Positions 38,428 through 51,879 of a DNA stretch of 64,000 nt are shown piece after piece. Source of the stretch: Rhynchobatus australiae (Eukaryota). The notes beneath the pieces were generated by a model. That model saw only the letters and a list, made by a program, of their open reading frames with translations, ran no database searches and was not told the DNA's origin. The stretch spans positions 86,032,035-86,096,034 of the forward strand of contig JAUZTB010000002.1 in NCBI GenBank assembly GCA_034780895.1, read 5' to 3'. How positions within the stretch are numbered: position 1 is the stretch's first letter; every line of letters starts with the position of its first letter. The position numbers were made by a program, and so were the translations under genes.

Positions 38428-39700
38428 CCGACATCGAGCGGGGGAGGGGTGGACGGAATTGAGCACTAATTAAATGTTGGTTAATTTTTAACTTGCAAGG
38501 AAGAATCAAGGTTTGGCCGTTTGGACAACCTATGCTATAAGTTAGGGTGCCAACTTACTGTCCCTTCAACCTCCAAATCTGTGCGTATTTGTGTTTCGGG
38601 GGGGGGGGCGGGGAAAGGAAGCCATCAAAATACAATCATCATTTTGAGATGGTCGTTTTTTGGATCACGGTTAGCCTGAGCATCTTCCTCGGTGACATTT
38701 ACCCCCCTCCCCCCTCATCTACACGCGTCTGCTTCTTGATCGTGGGCTTCAGCCATCTCTGCGCGTTCCCCTTTATCATCACAAAGTCGTTGGTGCAGGA
38801 AAAACAACTCGCACCGGGAATCGCGATCGCGAAACAACCACTAATTTCCACCCCCCCGAGATTAACTGCATCGGGTGAGGTAATTTTACACCCGTCCCCG
38901 GTGCAGGAAGGCTGCAAATCGAATCGGCCACCCGGCTGTTTCCTGCCGGCGCCATTTTGTCCGCACCGCGACCGTTCTTGCGGACAAACTGCGTCGCCCG
39001 GTTTCTGTCCCCCCCCACCGCCGCTGAAATCTTAGATTTGATGCACAATTCGCCAGCAAAATGCAATTTCTTGCATTTTAAAAAGAAATAAGATACGCCA
39101 CAAAACCTAAAAGGCACGAATAAATAAGTCTGGCTAACCCCACCCACATACCTAGATCACTCCGCGCAGGGAGAGAGAAGGCGGCGGGGGGGGGGACCTA
39201 TTTTCTTTTCCAGAAGAGTCCTTCAACCTCACCAATCAACCTAACCTGCTACCGGAACTACGCGTCATAGGTGGGGGGCGGGGAGGAGAGACTGATTGAC
39301 GTTCCGCCCGCCGGGCGCCGGGGCTTCCCTCCGTTTTCGGTGGGCNNNNNNNNNCGGTGGGCGGCGGCGGTGTCAGTCAAGGGCGGCGGGCCACTAGGAG
39401 TGGGCCGGGGGCGGCGCTTGGGCGCGTAGCGGGTTAGGTTGAGGCTGGGCGAGGGGGCTCATTCGTTTCCTCTGTGTAAAGTCGGTAGAGAACCCTGTTA
39501 CCGTCGCTGCACTAGAAAGCATCGAGCGCCATGTTTGTGAGGAGTAACCACAGCGTGTGAAAATTTTCCTTTTCTTTTTTTGTTGCTCTCGCCAACCAAT
39601 ATCACCAAGAACAAAACCGACGGAAAAAGAGGGGTATCAAACTCTTTAGAACCAATACGCAAACAGTTTAACCAAATAAGAACTCGCGTAAGGTTGAACG
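38428..39700. promoter_or_regulatory. CpG island / bidirectional promoter of OARD1 and ZC3H6-like
   Basis: The densest GC/CpG stretch in the window. Contains GC boxes, CCAAT at 39232-39236, a YY1-like GCGCCATTTTG at about 38949-38959, and TGATTGAC at 39293-39300. It lies between two divergent genes. Confidence 0.85.
39152..39230 (-). other. OARD1: Putative non-coding first exon of OARD1 (5' boundary unknown)
   Basis: Minus-strand donor CTAG|gtatgt at 39151 within the CpG island. The exon at 29220-29290 has an acceptor, so an upstream exon is required. Confidence 0.5.
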
Positions 39701-39860
39701 CTCTTGTGTTTTTTTCTTTTTAAAAAAAGAAAAAATACTGTACTCTCATCAAATTTACCGTGAGATTTTTTTTATTTATTTATATTTTTTTTATCAACAG
39801 TCACACCAGCAACGTCTCTGTTGAGACCCTCTCCAGTCTTGTACTGTTTGTGTGGGGAAA

Positions 39861-39955
39861 ATGGCTTTTGAAAGCCTTTTCTCCAACCCCCCAAACCCAG
39901 TTGACAAAAATGATGTTCTAAATATGACAGAGTCTGAGCTTGCAGGGGACGAAAG
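39861..39955 (+). CDS. ZC3H6: ZC3H6/8-like first coding exon
   Basis: Start AAAATGG, translation MAFESLFSNPPNPVDKNDVLNMTESELAGDE(R). A second in-frame ATG is at 39924. The phase-2 donor AG|gtcgag fits exon 2. Confidence 0.85.
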
Positions 39956-42900
39956 GTCGAGTAACATTCTTATATATCAACCATTCTTAAAAATTAAGTT
40001 TTAACATTGCCATTCTCTCTCTATCTCTCTCTCTTTCTCTCTACCTGCTTTAATTTTAACTTTGTTTCCGGGGGAAAATCAGCTCCTGGGAGGTGAATAC
40101 TATACAGTTTGTATTTCTCTCTTTCTCTTTTTTTTAAACAGTTAAAAATTGTATGCTGGGTAGGGCTTTTTTTTATCCTTCCTTTTTAAAAAATATATAA
40201 ACAGTTGTGCATGCTTGGCTTTTTTAAAAATATCTAAAACAATATTCATTTGTCCATTTTAAAAACACCTCATTGTGGTAAGTTTTCAACTAAGTGAGTT
40301 TTTTTTAAATAAGGGGGGGAGATCATTTTGATTTATTATGTAGTAACGAGATTGAATTGTTTTGTCTATTCTGGGTCGATGAAGCCTCTTCTCGAAGTCG
40401 GGGTGGATCCGGTTTCATGCCGTCTCATCGGATTAGAGCCTCCATTTTGGCAGTGAACCTCTCTGTAAATCAATGGCGTGACCGACATGTTAACGTGCAG
40501 CTTGTTGCCACACTGAAATACCCATGAGCACAGAGAAAAGAAGTCCCTCCCCTCCCTCCCCCCTTCCAAAAAAACTTAAAATTTCCAAAAGGAAATAAGC
40601 ACCATCACATGGATTAATTTGGAAGCTAAAACGATTCGAGTGCTAACCTTGAATTATTTTTAAAATTGTTTACTCCCAGACTTGTTACATAAACTTGCCA
40701 CAGGACTATTTATAGGATGCCCGAAAACAACATTTGGTATCGTTCCTTTTTGTTTGCTTTATTGCAGAAGGAAAGCTCTCAACAAGCAGCCCTGTAGGAA
40801 CAAAAATGTAACTTTTTTTTTAAAGAATCGATTTCACTTTAACGCGCGTCGTTTTAAGTATATGTGCAGATAGTTTTTGTTGTCTCACACTCCCCGTGCT
40901 GTCTATACTTGGCAGTTTGGTACAGGTACTCGTGTTCAGTACTTTACTCTTGTTTTTGTACTACACATTGTGGACTACTGGGACCTTGGTAGCGTAGTCA
41001 GTGGTAATTTATGTTCTCTACCTTTTCTCACCTCCCGCCCTTGTAAATATAAATGAGGTTCAATGAGTATTTTTCACCTTAGACACAAGTTTCAAATGTG
41101 AGCTGTTTTCCCAGTGGATTAGTAGTGCAGTAGATTAGCTTCATTGTAGTCATTGCAAAAAGTAAGTTGACTTAAAATTGAGATACTTGCAGCATTTTTG
41201 ACGATGGCATTGGTTGTGTGAAAGAATAGTTGATCTTAGTACTTGTTTTCATTCTCAAAACTGCAGCATAATGGTGTCAATGCAGTTAATTCATGCTTTA
41301 TAAAAGCAAAACATTTAAATGATGAGCTTGGCCAGCATTTGTCAGGCTGTGAGCTTGCATGAGTTAATTGATGTGAGGGGTAGGAGAGGATAGTAAATGT
41401 ACCTTAAATTTGATTATCTGCTGATTCAGTTTTCTCAAACTTGTACTCAGTAATTCAGCTTCACGACTTGCCATGGTGGGATTTTAGACCCTAACCAGAA
41501 GTTGGTTTCCTATCCCGTTAGGATTTGTTAGAACATAAAGCAAGTACAGCACAGGAACAGGCCCTTAGGCCCATGATGTCTGTGCCAACTATAATGTCAA
41601 GTTTACAGAACTGAATTTAATAAATCTCATAATTGTCCAGCACTGAAGAACAAACTGCCAGATCATTATTAAAAATGCAAATGTTTTCATCCTAAAGGGG
41701 AAGGAAGCTGTTTGGCTTGCACATGCCTCCAGTTTCTCACATTAGATTTGAATCTTAATGCCCTCTGAGGTGGCTTAACTAGCTACTTGTTAAATGGGAG
41801 ATCAATGTGATTTCTCCATGCCTCAAGGACATTCCTCCTGCCTTCTGTTTGTCCTTTTTAATTGTACTAAATGTAACAAATGTTCTTAATCATTTACCAG
41901 AGTTTCTCTTAAAAGAATTGGGTGGTGGGGAGGACATACCCTTCTAATTTTATGTAGTTGGTATCATTCTGGCTCACTCCTCAAAGTTAGATGGGACTAA
42001 TACTAATTTAGGAAATCATTTTTCTCTCAACCCTCTTTGGTGGCCATATCATTGTTGGATCTGCAGTAAGAGGTCTTTGTTTATTGGGTTAGATCGTAAT
42101 ATGGAATGGACTGGCCATTTGTTCAATCAAGTCTGTACTAATAGATTTTCAGCTAGAATCATCTGCAGAAGTTCCTATTTTACTGTCCTTACCGTAGAAT
42201 TACGGTCTAAAAGTGCAAGCCCTTTTTGGATCAGTATTTAAACTTAATATATGTAGAATATTCAAAACATTTTAACATCTTTGTAATTTAAATGAGATCT
42301 AGTGTAGGTATTCCATGGGAAAAAATAAGCTTTTGAATTTAAAATTGCAATAAAATGGTGTTACTGGCATAAATATCATAAATTGAACATTTTTAGTGAT
42401 GGAGTGGAAATTAGACTGACTGGTTATACCACTGTGATAGATTGTGGTTACCTTTGCATAATTCTCTTTGGATAGCAATGTGTAAACTAGTTTCTTTAGA
42501 GATGAAGAGTCACATCAGTGTTCCTTTGCTATTCAGGCCAACCAGAGATGTGCATAAAATATGGATTCCCAAAAATTTGCCGCCCTACTTAAGAAAGATT
42601 TTTATTTTTGAGTGCTTCCCAATCTCTTCTATAAAGATTGAATGAAGAGCCCTATTTTCTGTGGATGTGCCCTTCAACCCAAACTTTGCCGTGTTCTACA
42701 CCTTAAACCTATGGCTTAACTGTTGTTGATCTTTATACAGAATTCTTTGGCGGTGCAACATTCTAATTATCTGAGATAGCCTTGCATGGATGCGTGCCTT
42801 TCAAAGAAAAAGTTTCAAAAATCAATAGTGAACTAATTTTTAGCCTATTTGCTAAAAATAGAATATTACCAACATTGAGATCTTAGCTTAGAGGAATTAC

Positions 42901-45900
42901 TTGTGTAAGAAAATTATATACATTGGTTTTTGCTGTTAGCTCCTTATGTAAATTTAACGTTAAACTTCATTGCAGATTTCTTTAATTCCTCTAAGCTAAT
43001 GATATTAGACCATCATGTAATAAACTTTGGGAATAAAATTCAGGAACATTTGCTTAATCATAAAAATAGATGTGGATGGTTAGAATGATCTGGTGGATGT
43101 AGAGTGCAGCAAAAAAAAGTAGGATGCTTTCTAACCATTTATCCATCTCTAAATGTCCCTAATGCTTCAGAGGAACTAGAATTTATGGTATTAGATTTTT
43201 GCAATGCTTAACCTAAATTTAAATATAGTCATTAGTATATTTTATATTTGTAGATATGGGGGCCCCTTTTAATATGGTAGACGTTAACAAATCCATCAAA
43301 TTTAGGTGTAGGTTTTAGTGTATGACATTACCACCTGCATCATTGCCTCCCAACCAAGCTATTTTTGGGTTGCAAACACATATTAATAGATGTTCAGGCC
43401 CACTGTTGCTGAGATGTTTTGTTTATTAGCTTCCCTCTTGAATAATTTCTCCCAATTCCAATTTAAATGACTTTTCAAAGCCACTGTCTATTCCATATAT
43501 GTACAAGATGACACAAGTGAGAAATGTGCAATGCAGCAGTATTGACATTGTCTTGATTGAACTTAATTTGCCTACCTACCCAAAACTNNNNNNNNNNNNN
43601 NNNNNNNNNNNNNNNNNNNNNNNNNNNNNNNNNNNNNNNNNNNNNNNNNNNNNNNNNNNNNNNNNNNNNNNNNNNNNNNNNNNNNNNCCTACCTACCCAA
43701 AACTCATTCCTTTTATGCTTTCTCTTGTATAACAACAGATGAAGTAATGAGGTAGCTCCACCTGCTTTTGTATGATTTGCTGCTGGTAGTGGAATTAGTG
43801 CATATTCCCAGGAGAAGCTGGCTCAATTGCCTTGACTGCCCATGTGGAAAATAGCTAATCACAGATGTGCTTCTGTGCTTTAATTGTTGAGCAATGTAGA
43901 AAGATAGTTTTGATTTGCAAGTAAACTTTATTCAACTTGTTCTTTGTGTCACATTTCACTGATCAATTGAAGATTTAATGCAAGATCCAAGCATCAATAA
44001 GTTGAATTCCATGATTCCATTAGCTTTAATCAATAAATCACATTCTTTACTAAACAGCTGAAATTAATTTCATTGTCTGGTTTGTTGATTGAACTCTGTT
44101 TGCAGTTGTTGGGCAAATACAGTTGGTCTCAGCATGGAGAAGATAGTTCAATTTTTTCTCCTGATCACTGTTGCCACTATCCCAAGTAATTAGAATCTTT
44201 GCATCTTCTAGGGGGCAGAACTGGATTAGTTGGAATCATTACTTAGTACACCTGACTATACTGATGACTAACCAGTCNNNNNNNNNNNNNNNNNNNNNNN
44301 NNNNNNNNNNNNNNNNNNNNNNNNNNNNNNNNNNNNNNNNNNNNNNNNNNNNNNNNNNNNNNNNNNNNNNNNNNNNNCAGTCAAAATTGCTTTAAGAGAA
44401 ACAACTTGAATAGAAACAGGAGAGTGGTCAGGGGCTTGGAAGTGATACAAGACTTTTCAAGAGTAGGAGAAATTGGGGGAAAATGGGAATATAGGGGAGA
44501 ATAATATGGATTAGAGTAGGATTAGTGTAAAAATGGGTGCTTGATCTTTGGTGTTGGCTTAGTGGGTTAAAGAACCTGTTCCATGCTGTATTTCTCTGAC
44601 TGAGATAGGTTTCTCTCAAACATAATGGAAAATTATAAAAGGGTTGTAAGAACAAAATATACTGATTCAGATTGGCCCTATTTAGAATTCACTCGTGTCT
44701 CACTGTGCCTTAAACTTATTAACTATACTGCAATAAATGTATGATTACCAAATATGTAGATAATTTTTATATCAATTTTAATTTTTATGATAACACTTTT
44801 CATATTTGTTGACGTATTCAGAAGGGTTGACCAAACTGAAATGCAGCTGATCTAGTAGCTAATGCATTCTGGTTATATTCCCTCAATTCTTGATACGAGT
44901 GCAAGTGAGTAATGGGCACTGACCTATCGATAACTTAATTATTCATTTTTAACTTTTTATTGACTCATGGAGTTGTACAGCATATAAACAAGCCCTTCAG
45001 CCTAACTCGACCATGTTGACCAAGGTCTCTTCCTGAGCTGGTCCCAATTGTCTGCATTAATTTGGCCCATATCCCTCTAAATCTTTCATATCCATGTATC
45101 TGTCCAAATGTCTTTTATGCAGTTGTGATTTAGCTCTGGGTACTGTGTAACAAACATTTTTTAATGTAAGAATGCTGTTAGCTTGTAGACTTTGGAGGTA
45201 CTCATTTTCCTAGCATTTGCAGCAAAATTGAATATTTGAACGCTTAAGTAAAGTTGGTGAAGATTTTTAGTCACTTGAATTAATAGCCTCCATAATAGCT
45301 ATTTTTTGTTCTGTTGGCGTGTTGAGCCAGTATTATTTTGAGCCAAAGCCTACAATATAAATTCATCTTTGCAAGCAGTTAATACATCATCAAATGTTCT
45401 GTGTGCGTAAATAGATCTATGCACATTATACATTTGCATGAATTCTATATTAAGCTATCTTGCATTACAGCCTCTCAGTTGAAACTGAAAAGTGACTTGT
45501 TTCATCTGTCAACTGATACATTGGAATGTGCTGTACTATAGTAACAGTTTTAAGTTGCTTAGAGTTCCTTCATTATATCGCACTATTGTTTGACCACAAT
45601 GTACCATATTACAATAAATACAAGTTAGTTACTGATTATAAGTAACCAATCAAATCCCCTATCAGAACATTTCCTTTCTTTTTGACATCTGCTTCATGGA
45701 ATATTGTCAGCTTAGGAGAAATGCTCGTTTTTCTACCAATTGCAATCTTGAATTCTGAAATAAATTTGAAGTTTTATTTGTTTTAATGTTTATAGAATGT
45801 CTACACATTTTTGATTTGACCATTTCTAGTTAAGTTCACTATTTTTATTTTAAATAATTTTTGCTTCTAAGGAATTGGGCTGATATTTGTTACTCACAGA

Positions 45901-47049
45901 TTAGGACCGTTGAATGTTCAACAACTTTGTATGACTCAGTCAAACCTTTACTGTAGCTCAGTTTTTGCTTATACTTCAGATTCCTGCCTTTCATTAATTT
46001 TCTGTTCCCTGACTATATATGTTTGTTTCTGCCTTTCTTGGAGTTTAGAAAACTGAATGTCCTTATTCAAACATAAGATCTTCAGGGTTTGAGAGGTAGA
46101 TGTTAAGGTGATATCACTAATGGGAAAAACAAGAACATGGGAACAAAGCTACAAAATAAGGGGCTAGTAATTTAAAACTGAAGTGTGTAGAAATTTCTTA
46201 GGGTAATGAATCTCTGTAATTCTCTCGCCCTGGGGCTGGTGGAGTCCAGATCCTTGGCTATGTTTAAGATAGAGATAAATATTTGAAGATTGAGGATATG
46301 GGGAACTGACATGAGGAATTGAGGTAATCGTAGATCAGCCATGGTCCTATTGAAAGGCAGAGCAAGCTTGAGGGGCATGGTTGTGTACTCCTGTATTGGT
46401 GTGTACTGCTTTTTGTTTGTTTTTATTGTGCAAGGAGAAGACCACTCTTTCCATTTTAGCTCATCAGTATATAGAATTTTTTCGTCTTTTGGTCAACGTA
46501 ACTACATTGTTAATCTGTCTCTCAAATTCACTTCCATGATTGGTTCATCATTATCTACTGATACATTGTAGTTCATGGGAAACTTCACCTTGTCCGAAAC
46601 CACATCAAACCCTATTCACACCTTATCTCTGATCTTGTTCTAAACCAGCATTTAGGATTCAAAGTCCTAAGATTCTGTACCCACTCCCTTTTGCTCTTGG
46701 TTCAGTTATAATATTTTCAACCTCTTGTGCATTTTTATGGTACCTTTTGGTGGTTATTTCTGTTGCCATGGGTGCCATTCTAACTTTGCTGTTCCATTTG
46801 GCCCTCAAAATCCAAGATGTTTAGCAATTTTTAAACCTTTACATATTGACTTGATTTTTTTATGGTATTGTGTATCATTTTTACACTGCGTGTCCGTCTT
46901 GAGTTCCAGGTTTGGAATTGCATTTCCTGTGTTAGCTACTTTCTTGGGTGACTTTGCGTTGATTGCTTTCCTTTCAAGGCTGAAAACCCCTGTTTATCAA
47001 ATCTCTAAATTCAGGATCAGACTAGTGGCTCTACCTTTGGTTGCCTCAG

Positions 47050-48200
47050 GTGAACAAGCCTACACAGTTACTGGAAGGATATTAAGTGGTGTGGAAGAAT
47101 AGCTAAAGGTAGCAGGACAATAAAAGAAAGCTTTGGCTAATGAAAGGATGCTTTCTTTCATTAGCCAAAGCAGAGATATAAGAACAGGGAAATTACGCTA
47201 GAATTGTACACAATGCTAGACCACAGCTTGAACACTACATGAGGTAGCTTAAGATTTGTGAAGGTAAGCTGATAGATGTTGTCTGTATGGACTTTAGTAG
47301 ACATTTGACAAGGTCCCACAAGGAAGGTTGGTCCAGGTTAAGGCACATAGGATCCAAAGCAAACTGGCTAATTAGGTCAAAAATTGGCTTAATGATAGGC
47401 AGAGGGTAGTGGTGGAAGGATGCTTTTCTGATTGGAAGTCTGTGACCAGTGGTGTACGACAAGGATTGGTGCTGGATGTTTGTGATGCATGTTAATGACT
47501 TGGATATGAATGTAGGAGGTTAGTAAGTTTGCAAATAACACACAAGTTGCTGGTCTTGTGGATATGAGGGAGGTTTTCTAAGGCTACAGCAGGATATAGA
47601 TCAGCTGGAAAGTTGAGTAGAACATTTGCAGATGGAATTTAATCCCAACAAGTGTGAGATGATGCATTTTGGGAAGTCAGATAGGTGTAGAACATGCACT
47701 GTAAATGGTGGGATACTAAGGAATGTTGATGAACAGAGGGACTTTGGGGTTCAAGTCCATAATTCCCTGAACGTGGCAACACTGGTAGATGGGGTGGTGA
47801 AGGTGGCATGCTTGCCTTCATAGATTGGGAAATAGAATATAAAATTAGAGATTTTACATTGTAAGTTTACATAACACTTAGTAAGATTAATGTGGTTAAA
47901 ATTATAACAACCATAGAGTAAACAGGAAGAATCTATTTCCTTAGAAAGGTTAGAAGCCATAGGGTGTAGATTTAAAGTAATTGGTGGAAGGATTAGTGGC
48001 AACAATGGTAAAATCTTCATTATCCAGAGGGTTAGCAGAGGTCTGGAAATCACCAAAAGCATAGTAGAGGCACAGAAATCCCTTTCACATTTTAAAAGAC
48101 ACTTGGATGTATAATTAGAGCTGTGACCTTCAGGGCTCTGGACCTAATGCAGGAAAGTAGGATTAGGCTAGGTAGCACCAATGTGGATGCAATGAGGCAA
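47050..48200 (+). mobile_element. CR1 RT fragment
   Basis: Peptides DVVCMDFSRHLTRSH and QMEFNPNKCEMMHFG. Confidence 0.7.
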
Positions 48201-51200
48201 ATGAGTCTTGTGTTTCAATTTTATCTCTATCTGCGCAGCTACTGAAGTTCTGGAGGCGTGGTCCTACTGGAATTACCACATTGTTTCCATATAATAATTT
48301 TTATGTTGAATTACACAGGTGTAATATTCCAAGTATTGCATTCTGTTCCAGTGATTGGGTATCATGGGTGCCTATTTTACAGATAGTACTCCGTAGTGTT
48401 CAACTTCATCTCTATAATACAACACATCAGTTAGTTTTGATGTATGTTATTCTCTATTTATCTTCATTTAATTTTACCTGGTATATTTCATTAATTCAAA
48501 TTTCATGTCATTTTATAGAACATTGACTTGTCTAGTTTGACTGTGTTGTAGTTTAGTGTTATCTGTATATTTGTATGAATATATGGTCATCAACAATGAA
48601 TTTAATAGGGAACTGCTGTACACAGTACTTAAATGTGGAATCTGCTACCACCTATTGGTTGAGGAGAATCCTATAGATGTATTTGAGAAAAGTTGGAAAT
48701 AAGGAAGAGAGGAATAGAAGGCCATGNNNNNNNNNNNNNNNNNNNNNNNNNNNNNNNNNNNNNNNNNNNNNNNNNNNNNNNNNNNNNNNNNNNNNNNNNN
48801 NNNNNNNNNNNNNNNNNNNNNNNNNNACCCCATAAAATCTCTGACTCAGGCATATTCTGCAATTATCAGTCCCTTAACCCCGCTATTAATGGCTATATCT
48901 GCAGCTGCCTTCACCTCTTGCTCTAGGGTGCTCTCCCTGAGCTCTTCCACCCTCCCTCTTTTCTCCTAAAATGCTACCTTAAACCCCATTCCCTGAGGGA
49001 ATCAGGGTCTGAGAATCTCCATGCATAGCTCATTCCTTTCACCTGCATCCATTCCATTGGTCCAATCTTCCAGAGCTTCAACTAACCAACCCTAATGCAA
49101 CCCATGTCATAAACGCCTACCTGTCTGTTACTCAGACCTCATTTATTCATATTGCCTAGACCCTTAAATGTAAGATTTGCATCCTCCTATTAAGTCTCTT
49201 CATGTTCTCAACCCTTGCTAGTTCTCTAACCTCTACCCCAAGAAACGTGATAGAGAGACTTTAATATCTGGACACTTTGAAGGTTAGCAGTGGCTACGGA
49301 GAGAGCGAAAGAGCCAAATCAGCAAATCCTTCAAACGTGATTAAGAAACTGTTGAATGCATCTCACAGATCACAAGGATTTTTTTTGGTGCCTAACTCTC
49401 ATAAGCATTGATTAATGATTCCTTAATAGTTGGGTGTCTTAAAGTGAATTTCCAGTGCTGCTGCCTTTAAGACTACTGATGGCCAATTGCATCCATTACA
49501 TGAATTCAAAAGCAAGGAACCGCATGAGAATTAATAAATTGCACTCATTTACTCTATTGTAGGTAAACTCCTCAAACGTGAAATATATCAGTGGAGACTA
49601 TTTTTGAAGCCAGGAGACTGAAATAAAACAATTTTTTTAATGGAAAAAGATAAATCCAAAGTGTAATTATAAGCCTGCCTCTTGTGATACAATATAATAC
49701 AATAACTTGTGACAAGAAAGGGTTTGGCCTTATAATGCTTGGTATACCTGGAAGTGTTCAGTGACAATAGTTTGGTTTAAACTTTCAGTCATCAGGCTTA
49801 ATGGAGTTGTTTTGAAGTTTCGCTTTCGTAAATTGGCGTAGTTCAACAGTTAGCAGACACTAGTTCAGTACCTGAGACCCAGTTTCTCTCATTACCATTA
49901 AAGTCAGAGTTATTTTAAGAATATATAAATGTAAGAAAAAAGGAAGAGAGGAATAGAAGGCCATGCATTGTGAAGTAAGTTGGGCTGAGTGCACTGTTTT
50001 CTTGCAAATTACTGTTTCTGAATCCAAGTCAGTGGTGCAGTTTAGATATGGAACAATTGTTTGTGCTCTCTATAGATGTGGTAATTTTGTGTTCAATTAC
50101 TCCTGTCCCTTTCACTAGTTTGCAGCTTTTGGTTTGCTTGACACCCTTCCAGATTTTCTGTTTAAAAACACTACCCTGATATTTGGACAATCATTTGAAT
50201 AGTTTTTGATTCTGGGGCCAAATCATAATTCAGGAACTTGCCTTGTTGTCTATATATATTTCTCACACTCCCAACCTGCTCCTTTTTCTGTTTGTATTTT
50301 CTCAAAACTTGTGGTTCAATTTCTTTTTTTGAATTCTGCATTCTAGGATCCAAGAAAGTTCCAGCCTGCATCCTTTAACAGTGCTGAGTATCGTAACAGC
50401 CAATTGCTGTCCATTTTGAGCCACTTCAACAGATGTTGCTATGTTTTATTAAAAAGTTGTGTGTTTGTTTCTTGTAAATTTTGCAACAAAATGTTTACTA
50501 ATAACTATAATTCTGATGAAGGTGAATGGATTAAGATTTGGAAGGCCCAAACTTCTATAAACACTTCTGAATTGGTCTTTCTATATATCCATGCAAATAT
50601 AGGTTTTGTTACTTAAGTCCAAAATGGTTGTGATTTATTCCATTTTTTGTTAATCCAATAGTATTTTCATTTAGAACCTTTTATGAACAACAGTTATTTT
50701 CAACATTCTCATTGGACTATGGTATCTTAGTGTTTGCTTGTATCAAATATTTACAATCAGTTTTACATTGTTTCAACTATTGCTTCATGGAAGATAAATC
50801 CAGGGCAATTTCAAATTGAGTTTCCAAGATTCCTTTGTTATGTTGGGTGGAGGGGAGGAGGTTGGGTTGTGTTTCGAAACCTCGAGTCCAACAACTTTTC
50901 TAGAGCGTATTCGGTATGATTGTATTCAGTTTGATTTTCATGTGTGGTTCTCAGAATACTTGTGATTAGACCTCTGTGCATAGTGGCAGCAAATAAATAG
51001 TTTGTTGTGAAAGATAGCACTTTAACGAAAGGATAATATTCCTTGCTCGTTGTAGATATTTGGTTTTATTTTTGCATACGAGAGGGAAAAAAACCAAAGG
51101 GTTGGACGTATGACCGTTCATTAATGTAAAAGGTGTAATAAATGAGACTTTTGTTTTTGAGCCGGTTAAAACTTTGCCCTGTGGGATATAGTGGTTACCA

Positions 51201-51879
51201 GAAAATATTCCAGTTCTCGATGTTCTGGCGTCCATTTCATTTACAACTTGTATTACTCAGTTTCAAAAGCAGTAGACTACATTTTGCAATACGAGGCTAC
51301 TAATAATACCTAATTCAGTAGCTGGTTGAATTGTATTTTTCAGAACTTTATATTTATAAGTCTTGTTTGTTAGTTATTGCACAGCTCATGTGCACTTTGA
51401 CTCATTATGCTTGATATTTTGCTTGCCTCTTTGCCTAACAATAACTTGGCTTAGGCGTGGCCAGAAAAGAGAAGCTATTAGCTTGAAAGGTCAGAATTTC
51501 TTTTGTGTGTAAACAAATGCAAGCATTGTAAAGGTAGCCTGAGGAGTTGCTGAGACACAGCTAAGTACATATAGCATTTCTAACTCAGAAGTACTCAGTG
51601 ACTCCTTGTTTATGTACATCTTGTAGAAGTCATGACTTTGGGAGGTGCTTCTTTTGGAATAGCCTAGAGAAGTAACTGCAGGACAGTTTGTGGATGATAT
51701 TGTTGTGCTGTCACAATGCATCAGTAGTGGATGAATGAATGTTTAGAATGGCAGGTGGGATTCCAAGCAAGGGAATGTTTTTCCCTGGATGGTGTTGATC
51801 TTGTCAAATGTTGGAGCTGTCCTTTTTCAATCAAGTGAAAAGTATTGCATTACATAGTTATGTAAGTAGAAGAGGAATT

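Noticed and set aside
38547-39147. ORFs of 72-162 aa on both strands in the CpG island
   Set aside because: No recognisable domain; long ORFs are expected in GC-rich, stop-poor promoter sequence.
43571-43704. 17-bp direct repeat CCTACCTACCCAAAACT on both sides of a 100-N gap
   Set aside because: Typical contig-overlap artefact at a placeholder gap; similar short duplications flank other gaps.
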